Of a stretch of 64,000 nucleotides of DNA, positions 23,856 to 36,361 are shown piece by piece. The DNA is from Sarea resinae (Eukaryota). The stretch lies in the NCBI GenBank assembly GCA_026026165.1, contig JAPEUD010000026.1, forward strand, positions 124,001-188,000, given 5' to 3'. The notes under the pieces are model-generated. The model did not search any database and had not been told where the DNA came from. It saw only the letters and a program-made list of their open reading frames with translations. The stretch's first letter is position 1, and each line of letters starts with the position of its first letter. The translations under genes and the position numbers were made by a program.

Positions 23856-24718
23856 TCATTTCTTCCCCTTCTTCTTTTTGCCCCCGGCCTTGCCGACACT
23901 GCCTGCGTTCCCTCCAGCGGGTGTTCCAGGAGTCCCTGTGCCGTTCTCAACCAAAACGCCATCTTCCTCGCTGCCGGTCGTAGTACCAGTAGGAGCCGCC
24001 ACCGCCTTCTCCCTCTCCTTCTCCTTTGCGCTCTCCTCGCCACCGTCCAGCTCCTTCAAAAATTCTTCTTGAATGTTTTGTCTCCTTTTCTCCCACCACA
24101 ACCCCTCTTCCACCTTCGTCTTCTGCACCTCCTCAATCTTATCTCTTACGATCTTTTGGTGCACCATCTCGTTCGCTGTCTGAAAGATCGTGCTTCCCCA
24201 CCCCGGAGCGAATGCATTGGCCTCAGTGACAACATCCCGCAACTCTTCTTCAATTTCCTTCTCTGCAATCAGGAATTGCTGCCATAGATCGTCGCCAATG
24301 GAGCCGCGGGCTAGGAGGGCAGTCAGAGCGGTTTTAGCCGTGCGGATGGAGAGGATGCGATTAATGTCTTCTACGGCACGGCGGAGAAGGGCAGCGCGGA
24401 GCACCGAGTCTGGCACGGCGACGGTCTTGGTGGTGTTGGCTGACGTGGTGGTTTCGGCGGGGGAGAGGTGTAGTAGGGTTAGGTAAATATTTCTCTGGAG
24501 GTGTGCGGGAAACCAGGGAGATAGAGACGCGGCTTTGACTGTTCAATGTCAGAGTCGCCGGCTACATGGAAGGTATGGAAATGGGCTTTAGGGGTTGGGG
24601 GGGAGGGATCGGACATACCAGCTTTACGCTTTCGGTAGAGGGACGAGAAGGTCGCGAGTGAGCCCACGAGAATGGAGAGATAGGCAAATGGAACGGCCAG
24701 CCCGATCCAGTCGACCAT
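23856..24718 (-). CDS. SEC66: Sec62/63 complex subunit Sec66; intron 24539-24618
   Basis: N-terminal TM (PFAYLSILVGSLATFSSLYRKRK), PWFPAHLQRNIYLTLL, AALLRRAVEDI, GSIGDDLWQQF, EANAFAPGWGSTIFQTANE. Confidence 0.9.
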
Positions 24719-25169
24719 CTTGAAGTCGGTGGGGAAAGGTTGCTGCCGTCGCTGCGTGGGATCGTTGTTCGATAACGCAGATATTATTATTGAAGGCCTG
24801 TCGGGCTGTGGTTTGAATCCATACCACGTATGCCGTATACGGTACGATCGCTCTCACGAACCTACTGTGCAGGTTACCCGGTGGATAGAGCAGTCCAATC
24901 GGGCGCTTACTAAGGTTAAGGCAGGTTACCTACCTAACTAGGTTGTCACTGGCCACAAGCTGACGTCGTGCGTGCACTGACGATTGTGTTCGATTGTATT
25001 CGAGGTCAATGCATATCTTACCTTACCTACCTACACTTATAGGTATCATACAACAATAGTGACGCCGTGGGAAGTCTTCTACTCCTTGCTCTTTTCTCAT
25101 CCATCTTCTATCTATTTCTCGTCATAACCTCTTCTTATCTCTCTGCTCAAGAAGTCTATCCTGGGAGTT

Positions 25170-27288
25170 ATGTTGCTCCGATTCCAAAGCCGAAACGGCC
25201 AGTTTCGACTGAACGTCGCTCCCAAAGATCACTTCACTTCTTTGCTTCCACAAGTAAGCATTCCCGTGCCAAACCTGTGTGATCAGAGATAAGCACTAAC
25301 TCTTCAAGATCTCCGAGCACCTCCCAACGAATGCCGACCCTTCTTCTATAACGCTTTCAAATAGGCCAGCCGGTGGCGATGCAAGGCTCCTGAGAAGCCT
25401 CAAAGGCGTCGCAATAGAGAGGGTGGGCCTGAAGTAGGGGTACCACTCTTCGACATCAGCAGATACTGACTATTCTAGGCATGGTGATCAACTGTTCCTT
25501 GACTACAAGGAGCAGGACTCATTGTCAAACGGCCATTCGAGCACACCCCTAGCCTCGGCCTCAAATCCCCAGTCCTCCTCGAACCGCCTAAATGGCAATG
25601 CCATATTACCTACGGAAGACCTGCCGATAGCACCACTTCCATCAACCACCATCAACAATCCCTGGGAAGTTGTGCAGCAATCTCGTCTTGATGACAAACT
25701 GGACAAGCAGGATGGCAAGATCCCACGGGCCCGAGATCAGAAGATGTGCCGACATGGACCAAAGGGTATGTGCGACTACTGTATGCCGCTCGAGCCATAC
25801 AATACGGAATTCCTCGCCGAGAAGAAGATCAAGCACCTCTCTTTCCATTCGCATCTACGCAAAATCAACTCCGCCACCAATAAGCCGGAATTAAAGAGCT
25901 CATATATGCCTCCTCTGAGTGAGCCTTTCTACAGGGTAAAGCGGGACTGTCCCTCGGGTCACCCTCAGTGGCCGGAGGGGATTTGCACGAAGTGCCAGCC
26001 AAGTGCGATCACGTTGCAGGCTCAGCCGTATCGTATGGTAGATCACGTTGAATTCTCATCGCCGGCATTAATAAACACCCTTCTGGACTTTTGGCGAAGA
26101 TCAGGTGCACAGAGGGTAGGGTATCTGTACGGTCGATACGAAGAATACGACGTCGTTCCTCTAGGTGTCAAAGCAGTTGTCGAGGCAATTTACGAGCCGC
26201 CCCAGCTCGACGAGACCGATGGAGTTACGTTACATGATTGGCAGAACGAAGCAGAGATCGACGCGATAGCCCGTCTGTGCGGACTGGAGAAGGTCGGTGT
26301 CATTTTCACAGATCTCATCGACGCCGGGAAGGGAGACGGTACCGTTGTTTGCAAGCGACATATTGATTCTTACTATCTATCATCACTCGAGATTGTATTT
26401 GCGGCACGACTGCAAGCGCAATACCCCAAACCTACAAAGTGGAGCGATACAGGTCGTTTTGGATCAAATTTCATCACTTGCGTGCTCAGCGGCGACGAAA
26501 ACGGTGCCATCTCTGTGTCTGCGTTTCAGGTATCAAATTCAGCCGTGGAGATGGTCCGAGCGGACATCGTGGAGCCTTCGGCCGATCCGTCTGTCATGCT
26601 CGTGCGGGCTGAGGAAGAAGATGACGGATCAGAGAGCCATACGCGCTATATCCCAGAGGTATTCTATCGACGGATTAATGAATACGGCGCTAGTGTGCAG
26701 GAAAACGCAAAGCCGAGCTTTCCCGTGGAGTATCTGCTCGTGACGCTTACACATGGTTTCCCGACCGAGGCGAACCCTCTCTTCCGAGCACCAGGTTTCC
26801 CCGTTGAGAATAGGGAAGTTATCGGAGAGAGTCAGGAGCTCAAGAGTGTGGCGCGCAAACTCGGAATCTCTGGTGGTGGGGGTGCCATCAAGCAAGAAGA
26901 CGGCATTAACGCGGTGTCGGATTTCCATTTGCTCTGCTATATACATAGCCTCGGGATTCTAAGCAAGGTCAGTACTCTATCATCCTCCTTGACGTATTTT
27001 CGGACTTCTCTGACTCCAAATTTTCTCCTTCTACAGGATGAAGAGGCGCTCGTCTGTCGCGTGGCGTGCTCACACGACATTTCGGATGGCTTTCAGCTTC
27101 TCAACACCCCCGGCTGGGCCACATTGTTGGCTATACTTCAGGAGAGTGGTGAGCGTCCCCCTAAGCGTCCATCGCCTGCCACTTTGGATGCCTCCTCTGC
27201 CCATCGCCATCCCTCAACCGGATCGGCGTCGGCCCCCTCTGATGGCGAGCAGCTTGCTAAGAGGTTCAAGGGCTATAGCCTGACATAG
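25170..27288 (+). CDS. NPL4: Cdc48/Ufd1 cofactor Npl4; introns approx. 25254-25308, 25434-25478, 26968-27036
   Basis: UBX-like start [14 protein letters not shown], zinc-binding [17 protein letters not shown] and [17 protein letters not shown]-like [39 protein letters not shown]. Confidence 0.95.
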
Positions 27289-27959
27289 TTTCCTCTCTTT
27301 TGGGGCTCTCCTGGCTGGTTATTTCCTCTTCTCCGCTCCTTCGTCCTCCCTGTCATCGGGCCGTATTCCTTTCGTCGGTCGCCTGCCGCTGCCGCACCAG
27401 CCGCGCGGTGTAGCGCCGTAGCCGTGCTCTCTATCTGCATTTTCTGGGTGCTATGCTACTGTGGGGTATCTGAGCTGTGGTTGGTGTGATGGATCTAGGG
27501 ATGCGTTTCTGCTACTTCTACTCTAAAGTTTTCCGGCGATCATCTTTCTCTCGGTTGTCTGCCTAGAAACTGAAGGGGCAGTGTTTTCATTTGTCTGCCG
27601 ATTTCATGGATGAATGGATGGCATGTATCTCATGCGAGCCGCGAGCAACGGAACCTTCTATCTTTCTAGATTCTCTACAATCACCTCAGCCGTCGAGGAA
27701 GAGGCTGCACGAAACCGCGATAGGTGATATGGATTGATACTCATTCTTGACTTTTGAGGTATGAAATGTGGTGTTATCAGATGAAATGTTTCGTCGTATT
27801 ACGTATACCCCTATCTAAACCGGACCATCCCATCCGATATCATGCTTACCATCCATCCTACCTACCACGTCACATGGCACCGCCATTATTACCACCATTG
27901 TAGGAACGCGCGCATACCAGACACAGACATAGACACACTCTCTCTCTCTTACTACATGT

Positions 27960-28700
27960 AGACCAGCGGCGGAGGAAGGCAGAGCCGGCGAGACGTTTCC
28001 CTCACAAGGGGCAGGATGGGGTAGAGCCAAGGGGCCTGACCGAGAAGCTTCCTCTATCTTTGTCTGGCCGCTTACCTTTTCAGCTAAGCAAGGACTCACT
28101 GCATCTCTTTGTCTGTTTGTCTGTCTGTTCGTTCGTTTGGTTGATTGGTTGGTTGGTTGGTTGGTTGGTTGGTTCGTCCGTCCATTTGTTTCAAACACAC
28201 AGCACCCACATACCGATCACGAGAACGGGAACGGGAACGGGCACAGGGAGGGGAACAGGAACAGGAAAAGAGGGACTAATACGCTTTCTTTTGTTCTTTT
28301 GTACAAGAAACACACACGCGAGAATTGGGAAGAAAAAGAGAGAAAAAGAGAGCAGAACAGAACAGAACAGAAGAGAAGCGAAGGGAAGGGAAGCACACGC
28401 ATACACGAACGCACGCAGGCCCAAGGGGTTGAAAAGGAGAAGAAAAGAAAAGGGTAGGGTAGGGAGGAAGAAAGGATGGAGATTCATATCCATGACCATG
28501 TCCATCTCTGTCCGCCCGCCCGCCAGCCCGCCTGTTCGTCCATATTAGGCTGTCGGCTTCTACTCCATCCGTGCGATCGAGCAGCTTTTCCCACCCACCC
28601 ACCCACCCATCACCACCACCACCATCATCATACCCATCGTCGAATCAAGGCATTTTCATCCACCCATCCATCCACTCATCCACGCACCCACCTGTCCGAC
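27960..28700. repeat. Microsatellite-rich low-complexity zone: (GGTT)n, (GAACGG)n, (AGAAC)n, (CACC)n, (CAC/CAT)n
   Basis: Visible short tandem arrays, e.g. GGTT repeats at 28139-28173. Confidence 0.85.
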
Positions 28701-29433
28701 TTTTCTGACACTGCAATCTCCCATCTTATCCTTTTCCATCATCGGTCATCGCAGCAATCCGCATCCAGGCAGAGAGCTGCGTACCCCATTACATTGATCG
28801 CGCGTGGAGACAGCACAGCACAGCATGTGCAGACCAAATAACATCACATCGAAGGCCCTCGATTGCCTCCACGGTACCATCCCATTCCGTAAGAAAAGAC
28901 ACGAAAGAAGAGACGAACAAAAGCCAGATACAGAGAGCTCATGGAGAGTGACGGCAAAAGCACACGAGAGATGAATATCGACTACGGCTCGCAACAAGAT
29001 CAGCTGACGGAAAGCGGTGACTCGAGATATAGATGTCCCGCTTCGTTGCTATCTGGGGAGTGAATGCTGGCAGGCAAGTACGCATCATATTATGCGTGCC
29101 ATATTGTGCATACCCGTGGTAGCAATTCCTAAGCCGGGACGAGGGAAGTATCGGAAGCAGAGCAAGGCATATCCAGTGCTAGTCCAAATGAGACCGTGCA
29201 AAAAGAAGGCCGGAGTCGAATACGTGAAAACACGAGTAAGGCCATCCGCCGAATGAGAACAAGTTCATCCATGTATCTCGCTAGCGAGCAGTGCCGAAAT
29301 TTAGGAGACAGACTTTGCAGAATAAGATTTATACCGGCGCCCCAGAAAGTTCATCCCATAGAAGCGACATCCGAGTAGACAATGAAGAAAAGTAGCTAGA
29401 TCTGAACGGTCGAGAAAAGCCGCTATCCAGCTT

Positions 29434-31615
29434 TTAAGCGGTGGAGGGGACGGCACTGTCGGTGGTCTCGGTCTTCTGCTCTTCGGCTGCTTCTTCGACC
29501 ACTCCATCATCTGGTGCTTTCGTCTCAGCTCCAGTACCAACATTCAGCTTGTCGGTCTTCTCCTCATGCTGCTCGGCCTTCTCCTCGGCCTTTTCCTCAC
29601 TCTTCTCTTCAGGTTTGGCATCCTCCTTGGCCTCCTCCTTGTCCGCATCCTTCTCCTGTTCTTTAGCCGGAGAGTCGGGTTTCTCGGGTTTCTCGGTTTT
29701 CTCGACAGGTAGAGCAGGTGATGACTTTTCATCTTTGTGACCATTTGTAGCTGCCTTGTCTTCAGACGGAGCTGCAGGAGTGCCGCTAGCAGCTAGAACC
29801 TGGTTCCAGACCGTGAGCAGTTCCTGAGATCGCTTTTTGAAAGAAAATTCATCATCTCTAGGGATGGAGGCCAACTTCAAGATGTTCTTAAGCACCTTGT
29901 TGATCTTAGTGCTCCGAATGATGCTGACTTCCAATTGGGGATACTGCTCCAGTTTGGAGATGTAGTCTGAAATAGCCTGCATTTCATCCTCTTTAGGCGC
30001 CGTATCACGTGTCAGGAGTCCTCTTTGAAGTTTGTGCCGCAGATACATCACTATGGAGGCATTAGTCTGTATTCCTCGGATCACCGCAAAAGGCCCAAAG
30101 AACTTGCCTTCTTTGCTCCTCTTTTCTTGCTGCTCTGCAGCCGAAAGAGGTTTCTCCTCTGGCTTCGGCGTTTCCACGACTTCTGCTTTCGCCTTGGATG
30201 CAGATTTCTTGGTGGACGTGCCCTTTACCTTAGCTGCGGATGCAGCCTTGGACTTGCTAGGGGTGGTGCCATTCGGAGTTTTAGGCTCGCTGAGCTTGAG
30301 CTTAGTTGCTGTCTTAGGTGTCTTTGCGGGCTGTATGACGTTTCAGTAAAGAATCAGGATGCAAAATCAGACTGTCCCTACCTTAGTGGGCTCGCCATCA
30401 CTCTCAGAATCCTTCTTCCGCTTCTTCGACGCGCTCTTACTAACTGGCTTGATATCATCCTCGACACTGGCATCCTCCATCTCGACGTCTATATCCAGAT
30501 CCTCGGGTACAGAGAGGCTTTTCCTCTTCGACTTTGACTTAGCTTTGGACGCCTTTGCTTTAGCAGCTTCTTTAGCTTCACGTTCAGCCTCAAGTTCGGC
30601 CTCGGCGATTTCGGCCTCGGCAAGTTCTGCGTCAACACGTGCTTGATAGTCCGCCAGCATTTGCTTGTAGTAAGCTAGATCATGCTTTTCGGCTGCTTCT
30701 TCATAAGCGGCCCAAAGCTTTTTGGGCAATTTCGATTTCTGAGCGGTTTCCAAAATAGTATCCGGATCGAGCGGCGCCAGATAGGTATTCGGAATCCATG
30801 CACTGTCACGCCCTTCGAGTTAGCATTTCGTAAGACAATATGAGCAATAGTGATAAGAGATGCGTGGCTAGCAGAACGAGCAATTACTTACAACTCGTTT
30901 GTGAAAAGAAACATGACTGGGAAGGTCCGCTCGTGAGCCCGTTTTCCGCCGTCATCAAAGTCATTCCGTATTCCACCATCAGCTCGTCGGGCAGTGACCG
31001 GACGGGTAGCTAATAATTGCTGCGGGAGCATTTCTTCGTCAATGATGATAGACGGCCACGGCGCATGACCTTTCAGACGAGCAAAGAAGATGTCTCCTGG
31101 CTGAGCGTCGAGGTGGGTCAAAATTTGCGACTTCTTCTTGTTGAGTTTCTTGGACTTGTGCTCTGGTACTCCGCCAGTTGACTTGCGTTTTGAAGCGGAC
31201 TTCTGAGTAGAAGATGGCGTGCCGTTGACATCTGCGGAGGCGTCAAGTCCACTCTCAGGCGCATCGTCGGCCTTCTCCGAATCCTTCATCTCGGTATCTT
31301 CGCCCGCGTCCGTAGACTTAGTCTCCGTTTCAGGCGCCTTTGGAAGCCCAGTCTGATCGGGTTCACCATTGGACGCGGCTTCTGAAGGCGTAAAATAATT
31401 CAGTGCTGTTCCTTGAATTTGAACACGAGGCAAGAGAGGCACATACTTGAAGCATCTGGCGCAGCATCTGCGGGCTTACTCTCTGCGGGCTTTTCTAGAA
31501 GCGCACTAGGCGCGTCTGAAGTTTTGTTTTCTTCAATTGGAGCTGAAGGAGACGAATGAGATTCCGGTGGAGCGGTGACGACCGACGATGCAGCAGCACC
31601 CGTGTCTTCAGACAT
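29434..31615 (-). CDS. PWWP-domain chromatin protein (multi-exon, includes GC-AG intron 30051-30107)
   Basis: PGDIFFARLKGHAPWPSII..FPVMFLFTNE..AWIPNTYL..LWAAYEEA PWWP domain. C-terminal helical region VMYLRHKLQRGLL..IRSTKINKVLKNILKL..IPRDDEFSFKKRS. Confidence 0.88.
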
Positions 31616-32806
31616 GATGCTGGGGATACTGGAGGAGCTGATCGCGATGCGAGTAGTTGCAAAAGCGTGGAGAGGGATGGTGTGTAGACGATATCAATTC
31701 TTAGAGCGCGTAGATGACCAAGTCTGATCAAGCGGCGCGTTGGGGGAAGATGGATGAAGAATGAGATGGATTGAAGGAGTCGGAGGCGTGGATGAGAAAA
31801 TGTGTTATTGAGGGACGAGTCGCAGACGGGCAACTTCGAAGCATTATGGTGACTGGAGATACAGTCTCTCACGTGACATACGTAATGCTGGACGTGAATT
31901 CAGACTAATGTAGTGTTCCTTCACCGCGAGAACAATATCAAAATCTTCAGTAGCAGTCAACTGAGAGGACGGAATTCTACACATAGTCAATGCCTACCGT
32001 CTGACAATAGCAAGATAACATAGGTAAGATGAGTAGGACTCGCAGGCCGAATTGCCCCCGGACCTCATTTCGTGCTCAACCTCCTTCCTCGTCCCTCCTT
32101 CCCGGGCAACTGTCACAGTACTTTAGCTTCGGATGCGTCGAAAGACACCCGTGGCTGACCCCCTCTTCACCCTCGCTTATTGCCTATTGCCACCGTCGTG
32201 TTCATGGGCGGCCCCGTCTTGGCACGATCCTGTGCTCCCTCATCCCTCTTGCCGATTAGAGATCCACGTAGCACCGGGAGATCGTGACCCTCTCTTCAAG
32301 AAAGTCCCAAGACCACCTGTTTCCATTCGTCGCCCAGATATTCAGATCACACAACGCGAAGTCAAATAGAAGAAGTAGTCTCCATTACCATTTAAAGCCC
32401 TCTAGCAAGGTCCTCAGTAAGTACAAAAGGTGTCCATAGGGATGAGAGCTGCCTTCCCCATCGGCACCGGAGGATGCTGCGCGAGGGCGATTCCAACCAA
32501 GTAAAGTGAAAAAATCATTGAGCGGACGTCTGAAGGCTCCGTAGCCGACATGCCTAGGATCTCATAAACGCCGGTGCCGCTCCCCCAAGGCTATGCCGGA
32601 GCTCCTTAGAGCCCCTGAAAAGAATCGTACCCCGAGAACGGTCTAATTAACCACATCCAAGCCAAAAGCATTCCCCAACACTCTGAGGAGAGCCTAGAGA
32701 TATCAAGATGCCAACCAAGCACTCCGATGCATCATTGCCCGAAAAGGCCGCGAAATAACGAGGGCAGAAACGAATGACAAGTGCCAAGTATTAGTATGCA
32801 GTAAGT

Positions 32807-34296
32807 TTAATCGTAGGAGACTCCCTTTCCGACCACCCACTCCCCACCCTCTTCATCATCCCCTTCCAAAACGTCGACTATTATTCCTTCTGGTTTATGC
32901 ATCCGGAGACACCAGAGGAAGTAGTCTTCTATCGGTAACAAATTAAGTAATGCCGGGTTGCCATGCCATGCAAGTCCGCATACAAGAGAGCCAGCTATCG
33001 CATCAAGTATGAAATGGTTTGCAGTTGCAACGATAGCGATTAGAATAGTGGCGGGATAGAGGAAACCAACGATGACGCAGATCATGCGACGCAATGATGG
33101 AAGTCGCAAGCGAGGAGCAACTGAGGAATTGGTACGTTTGACAAACGGCAGACTGAGTGATTTGGAATGGCGATGCTGCGGAGGTAGAGGGATGGTCATA
33201 ATGGTAAGGCCTATCATCAGAGCATAGCCGAAGTGAAGGGAAGGCATAGCAGCTGCATGAAAAGTCAATTTCTGGTCGATCTGCTGTTTGTCGAAGACAT
33301 ACCATATTGGTTGCAAAACCTGTTTTGCGTCCAGACACTGGCTTCACCACCAGCGCCGTGGACAGTATCCACAAATCCATATTTTCGAGCTTCTTCGCCA
33401 ACTGGACCTTTAACCTCCTTATCGCTCAGCAAGCGCGGGGGCATACATGGCCAAATTGTGAAAACGATGAACGCTATTAAATTACACATGGCCAGGGTCC
33501 TCCTTCTCGCCTCATAGAGCTTTGGCCCTGCAGGCGAACCGTCTATGTCTCCAGCAAGTCTTTCGCCTCGATAACCACGGACTCTGTTGCAAGTGTTCGT
33601 ATAGTAGAAAAGCCAGACGAGGAAGAGAATGGTCCCTGGGATGTGGATAAAAGAGTAGAGCCTGTTGATCCACAGCATGAAGAAAGGGTGTTGCATGAAA
33701 AAGCCCTGGATGCCTGTTTCCCAGAAGATGTGCAATTTTTCTTCCGTATGGATAAGCCAGAGAGCATGTTCGCGAGCAACATCGACTGTGTCCTCCTTGA
33801 GAGTCAAAGCGGTGAACGCTCGGCCGATTTGGTATATCTTGACACGCACCAAACGTTAGCGATAGACATAACTCCAGAGATTAGCATTGCATACCCAATA
33901 TACAAGAGCCCAGTACCAGCACTCCACGAGGAATGGGAACTTCTGGAGGGTCCTGCTCAAAAACCGGCCCTGAAATACCTTCGTGTTCGGGGAAGCGATC
34001 TCCTTCTTGTATCCGAACAGCCCGATCTCCCGTGTTCGCCAAGGCGACTCCTGGTGAGACAACAGTGACGGGGAGCTCGAACGAGGGAAGCCGCCGAGAA
34101 GAGCGTCTCGAGGGCTCAAGAGTCCTGATTTGATGCTGTCTGGTGAGTCGTCACGACCGCTGGGCGGCATGTCGCCAGGGCTCCAGCGACCTTTACGGGC
34201 GTTGAAGACACGATATCCCGAGTCGCGATTGATCCAAGTACCTCCGAAGAGTAGCGTCACCACCACCAGGGGCTCCATAAACGCTCCCACGCCCAT
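32807..34296 (-). CDS. Integral membrane protein with Aur1/Ipt1-type PAP2 domain; introns approx. 33838-33893, 33253-33302
   Basis: YSFIHIPGTILFL, WPCMPPRL, NQYAAMPSLHFGY and IVATANHFILD motifs, plus multiple TM segments. Confidence 0.88.
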
Positions 34297-34803
34297 CTTC
34301 ACGATCTGTTGCTCGATCGATGGCTGTAGATTTCGGCGGCCGTTGACTAGAAGGTGACGTGTTTATGTCTAGGGTGTGTTGAAGGCGAGAAAGGTGGAGG
34401 TGAGTACCAGTGAGATCAAGGAGATGGGCGTGTCAAGGAGTGCTTAAAGGGTTGATTATTGTGAGTATAAGAGAGAGAGAACAATATCAAGTCTGGCTCT
34501 CTACTATCGATCCATGAGCAAGTCTGAGGTGTCTCGTGGGCTGTGAAGATGGGGCAGTGTTTGATATTGACGTGTTGAAGAGGAGGATGATGCTAATGGT
34601 AACGGCGGATGCGGATATGAGAGTAGTAAAGGTGGAGAAGAGTAGGGCGAGCATGTAAGAAATCGGTGAACAGCCATTCGATCACGCCCGCCCCCAAGGT
34701 GAGGGCGGGAATAATAATAGGAAGGAACGGCCAAGACCGCACCGGTCATGATTGGGGTTGCCGGGGCCGGACTTGATGTGATAATCCTGGAACCGGGGGG
34801 ACC

Positions 34804-34850
34804 TACGAGGACAAGTACGAGGACAAGTACGAGTGCAAGTACGTGTACAA
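34804..34850. repeat. Four-copy 12-nt tandem repeat (TACGAGGACAAG, degenerating)
   Basis: tacgaggacaag tacgaggacaag tacgagtgcaag tacgtgtacaa. Confidence 0.85.
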
Positions 34851-36361
34851 TGCCTTCCCAAAGTGGCTGAGGCAGATATGTACCTCACTACTGCTAGAGA
34901 TACCTGGGCTACCTTAGCACCTCCAGGCTCCATCCAACCTTGTTCGTACCAACTTCTGAGTAGAGTAGGAACCAAATCACACTGCATCGATATTACTACA
35001 AAACACAGGACTGACGGGCAGAAGCTTAGCCGCATGTCGCTATACGGGCAGTTTCGTCGCTACTTGTACAGTACCCCGTCTGAGGGTCGCGGACTGGAAG
35101 GCTCATGCGTCGGAGTCCCGAGAGGTCTCTGTCGCATCTTGAGGGTTGAGAGCGATTCGGCACAGGGGCAATGACTGAAGTCAGCTACTCCGTACCTAGT
35201 CATGATACTCAACCTGTTACCTAGTACCTTACTAACGCGAAGATACCTCAGGGCTATGTGAGATATGCACAAAGTCCAGTACCTTAGGTCCATGACACGG
35301 ACCCGATATATTGCCGATCAGTGCACCGGATGTCTGTACTTGTACACAACTGCCAGCTCTTGATCTACTGTCAGGTCAGATTGGACCGACTTATTGATCG
35401 TGCTAGCACGTCTTTATCTGAGCTACTCATATGAAGTACGCACGGATTACTAATGTCCAGGGCGGCTCCATCTCTCCACTCCAACTCTACTCTGTACGGA
35501 GTATGCTCTCAGGAGGTGGTGGCAAGAAGCCCATCATCCTGGCATCGATCAGACGGCAAAATGCCAGCATAGTCGTTATTATTCACGCTGTCTGCTTGTT
35601 TCTGCCTGTTTCTGCCGGTTTCTGCCTGGCTCTGGATGGGCGGAAATTGGAGCCAAGGAACATCAGACTTTGGTGCCGCCTTTTTGCGGTAAGCAGGACG
35701 TGACGTTGGAACAGGCACGCGACCAAGGCAAAAGTCTATTCGATGGTTTAGTCCTTAGCATGGCTGTATCGTGGCTTGGCAGCCTCGGAAGGCGTGGAAG
35801 GCAATCTTAAGTTCCGAACGCTCCGAGAACGATCGCTGCCGATTGGATCAACATCATCGATGGCCGATTGCCAAGGCTCATGCATGCTGAATCGGGCGCG
35901 TAGTGGCGGTGGCCGGGACGAGTCCCTCTCCGAGACCCGATGCGATTGCTCTCCTTCAGGCACATTCCCACAGACCCCGACGAGGGGATTGGGCAGAAGT
36001 ACGACGGTCGTCACCCCTCAGTCACGTGCGGTGGGTCTGACATAAGAATTGCTAGATGACTAAGCCGCACGCCCCTGGTAGCGATTCCGCCTCCCCGCCT
36101 TATCGGAGTACTACTGCATTCGTACTCTACCCGCCTCTAGCTGGCATCGACGTACTGCGCGCAGTATCGTGATTCTAGAAAAGCAAATAGCAAGGAACAG
36201 AGAGACCCGGTCGAAAATTCTATCAGGAGACAGTACTACGGAATGGGAAAGTGAGGCTACCCTCGAGGTGACTGAGATAAAGTCGCTACTCTCCTCTTTC
36301 CTAGTATTATTTTCATTATCGTTGTCTTGATCCTGGATGAGGTAGATATAATCCCGGAATT

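Noticed and set aside
27815..28841. Several 100-160 aa ORFs on both strands
   Set aside because: They are translations of microsatellites with no domain-like content.
36271..36360. TPP-riboswitch-like words (CTGAGA..CTTGATC)
   Set aside because: Lacks the GGATAATGCC/GCGAAAGG elements and spacing, and lies 3' of an unrelated gene.
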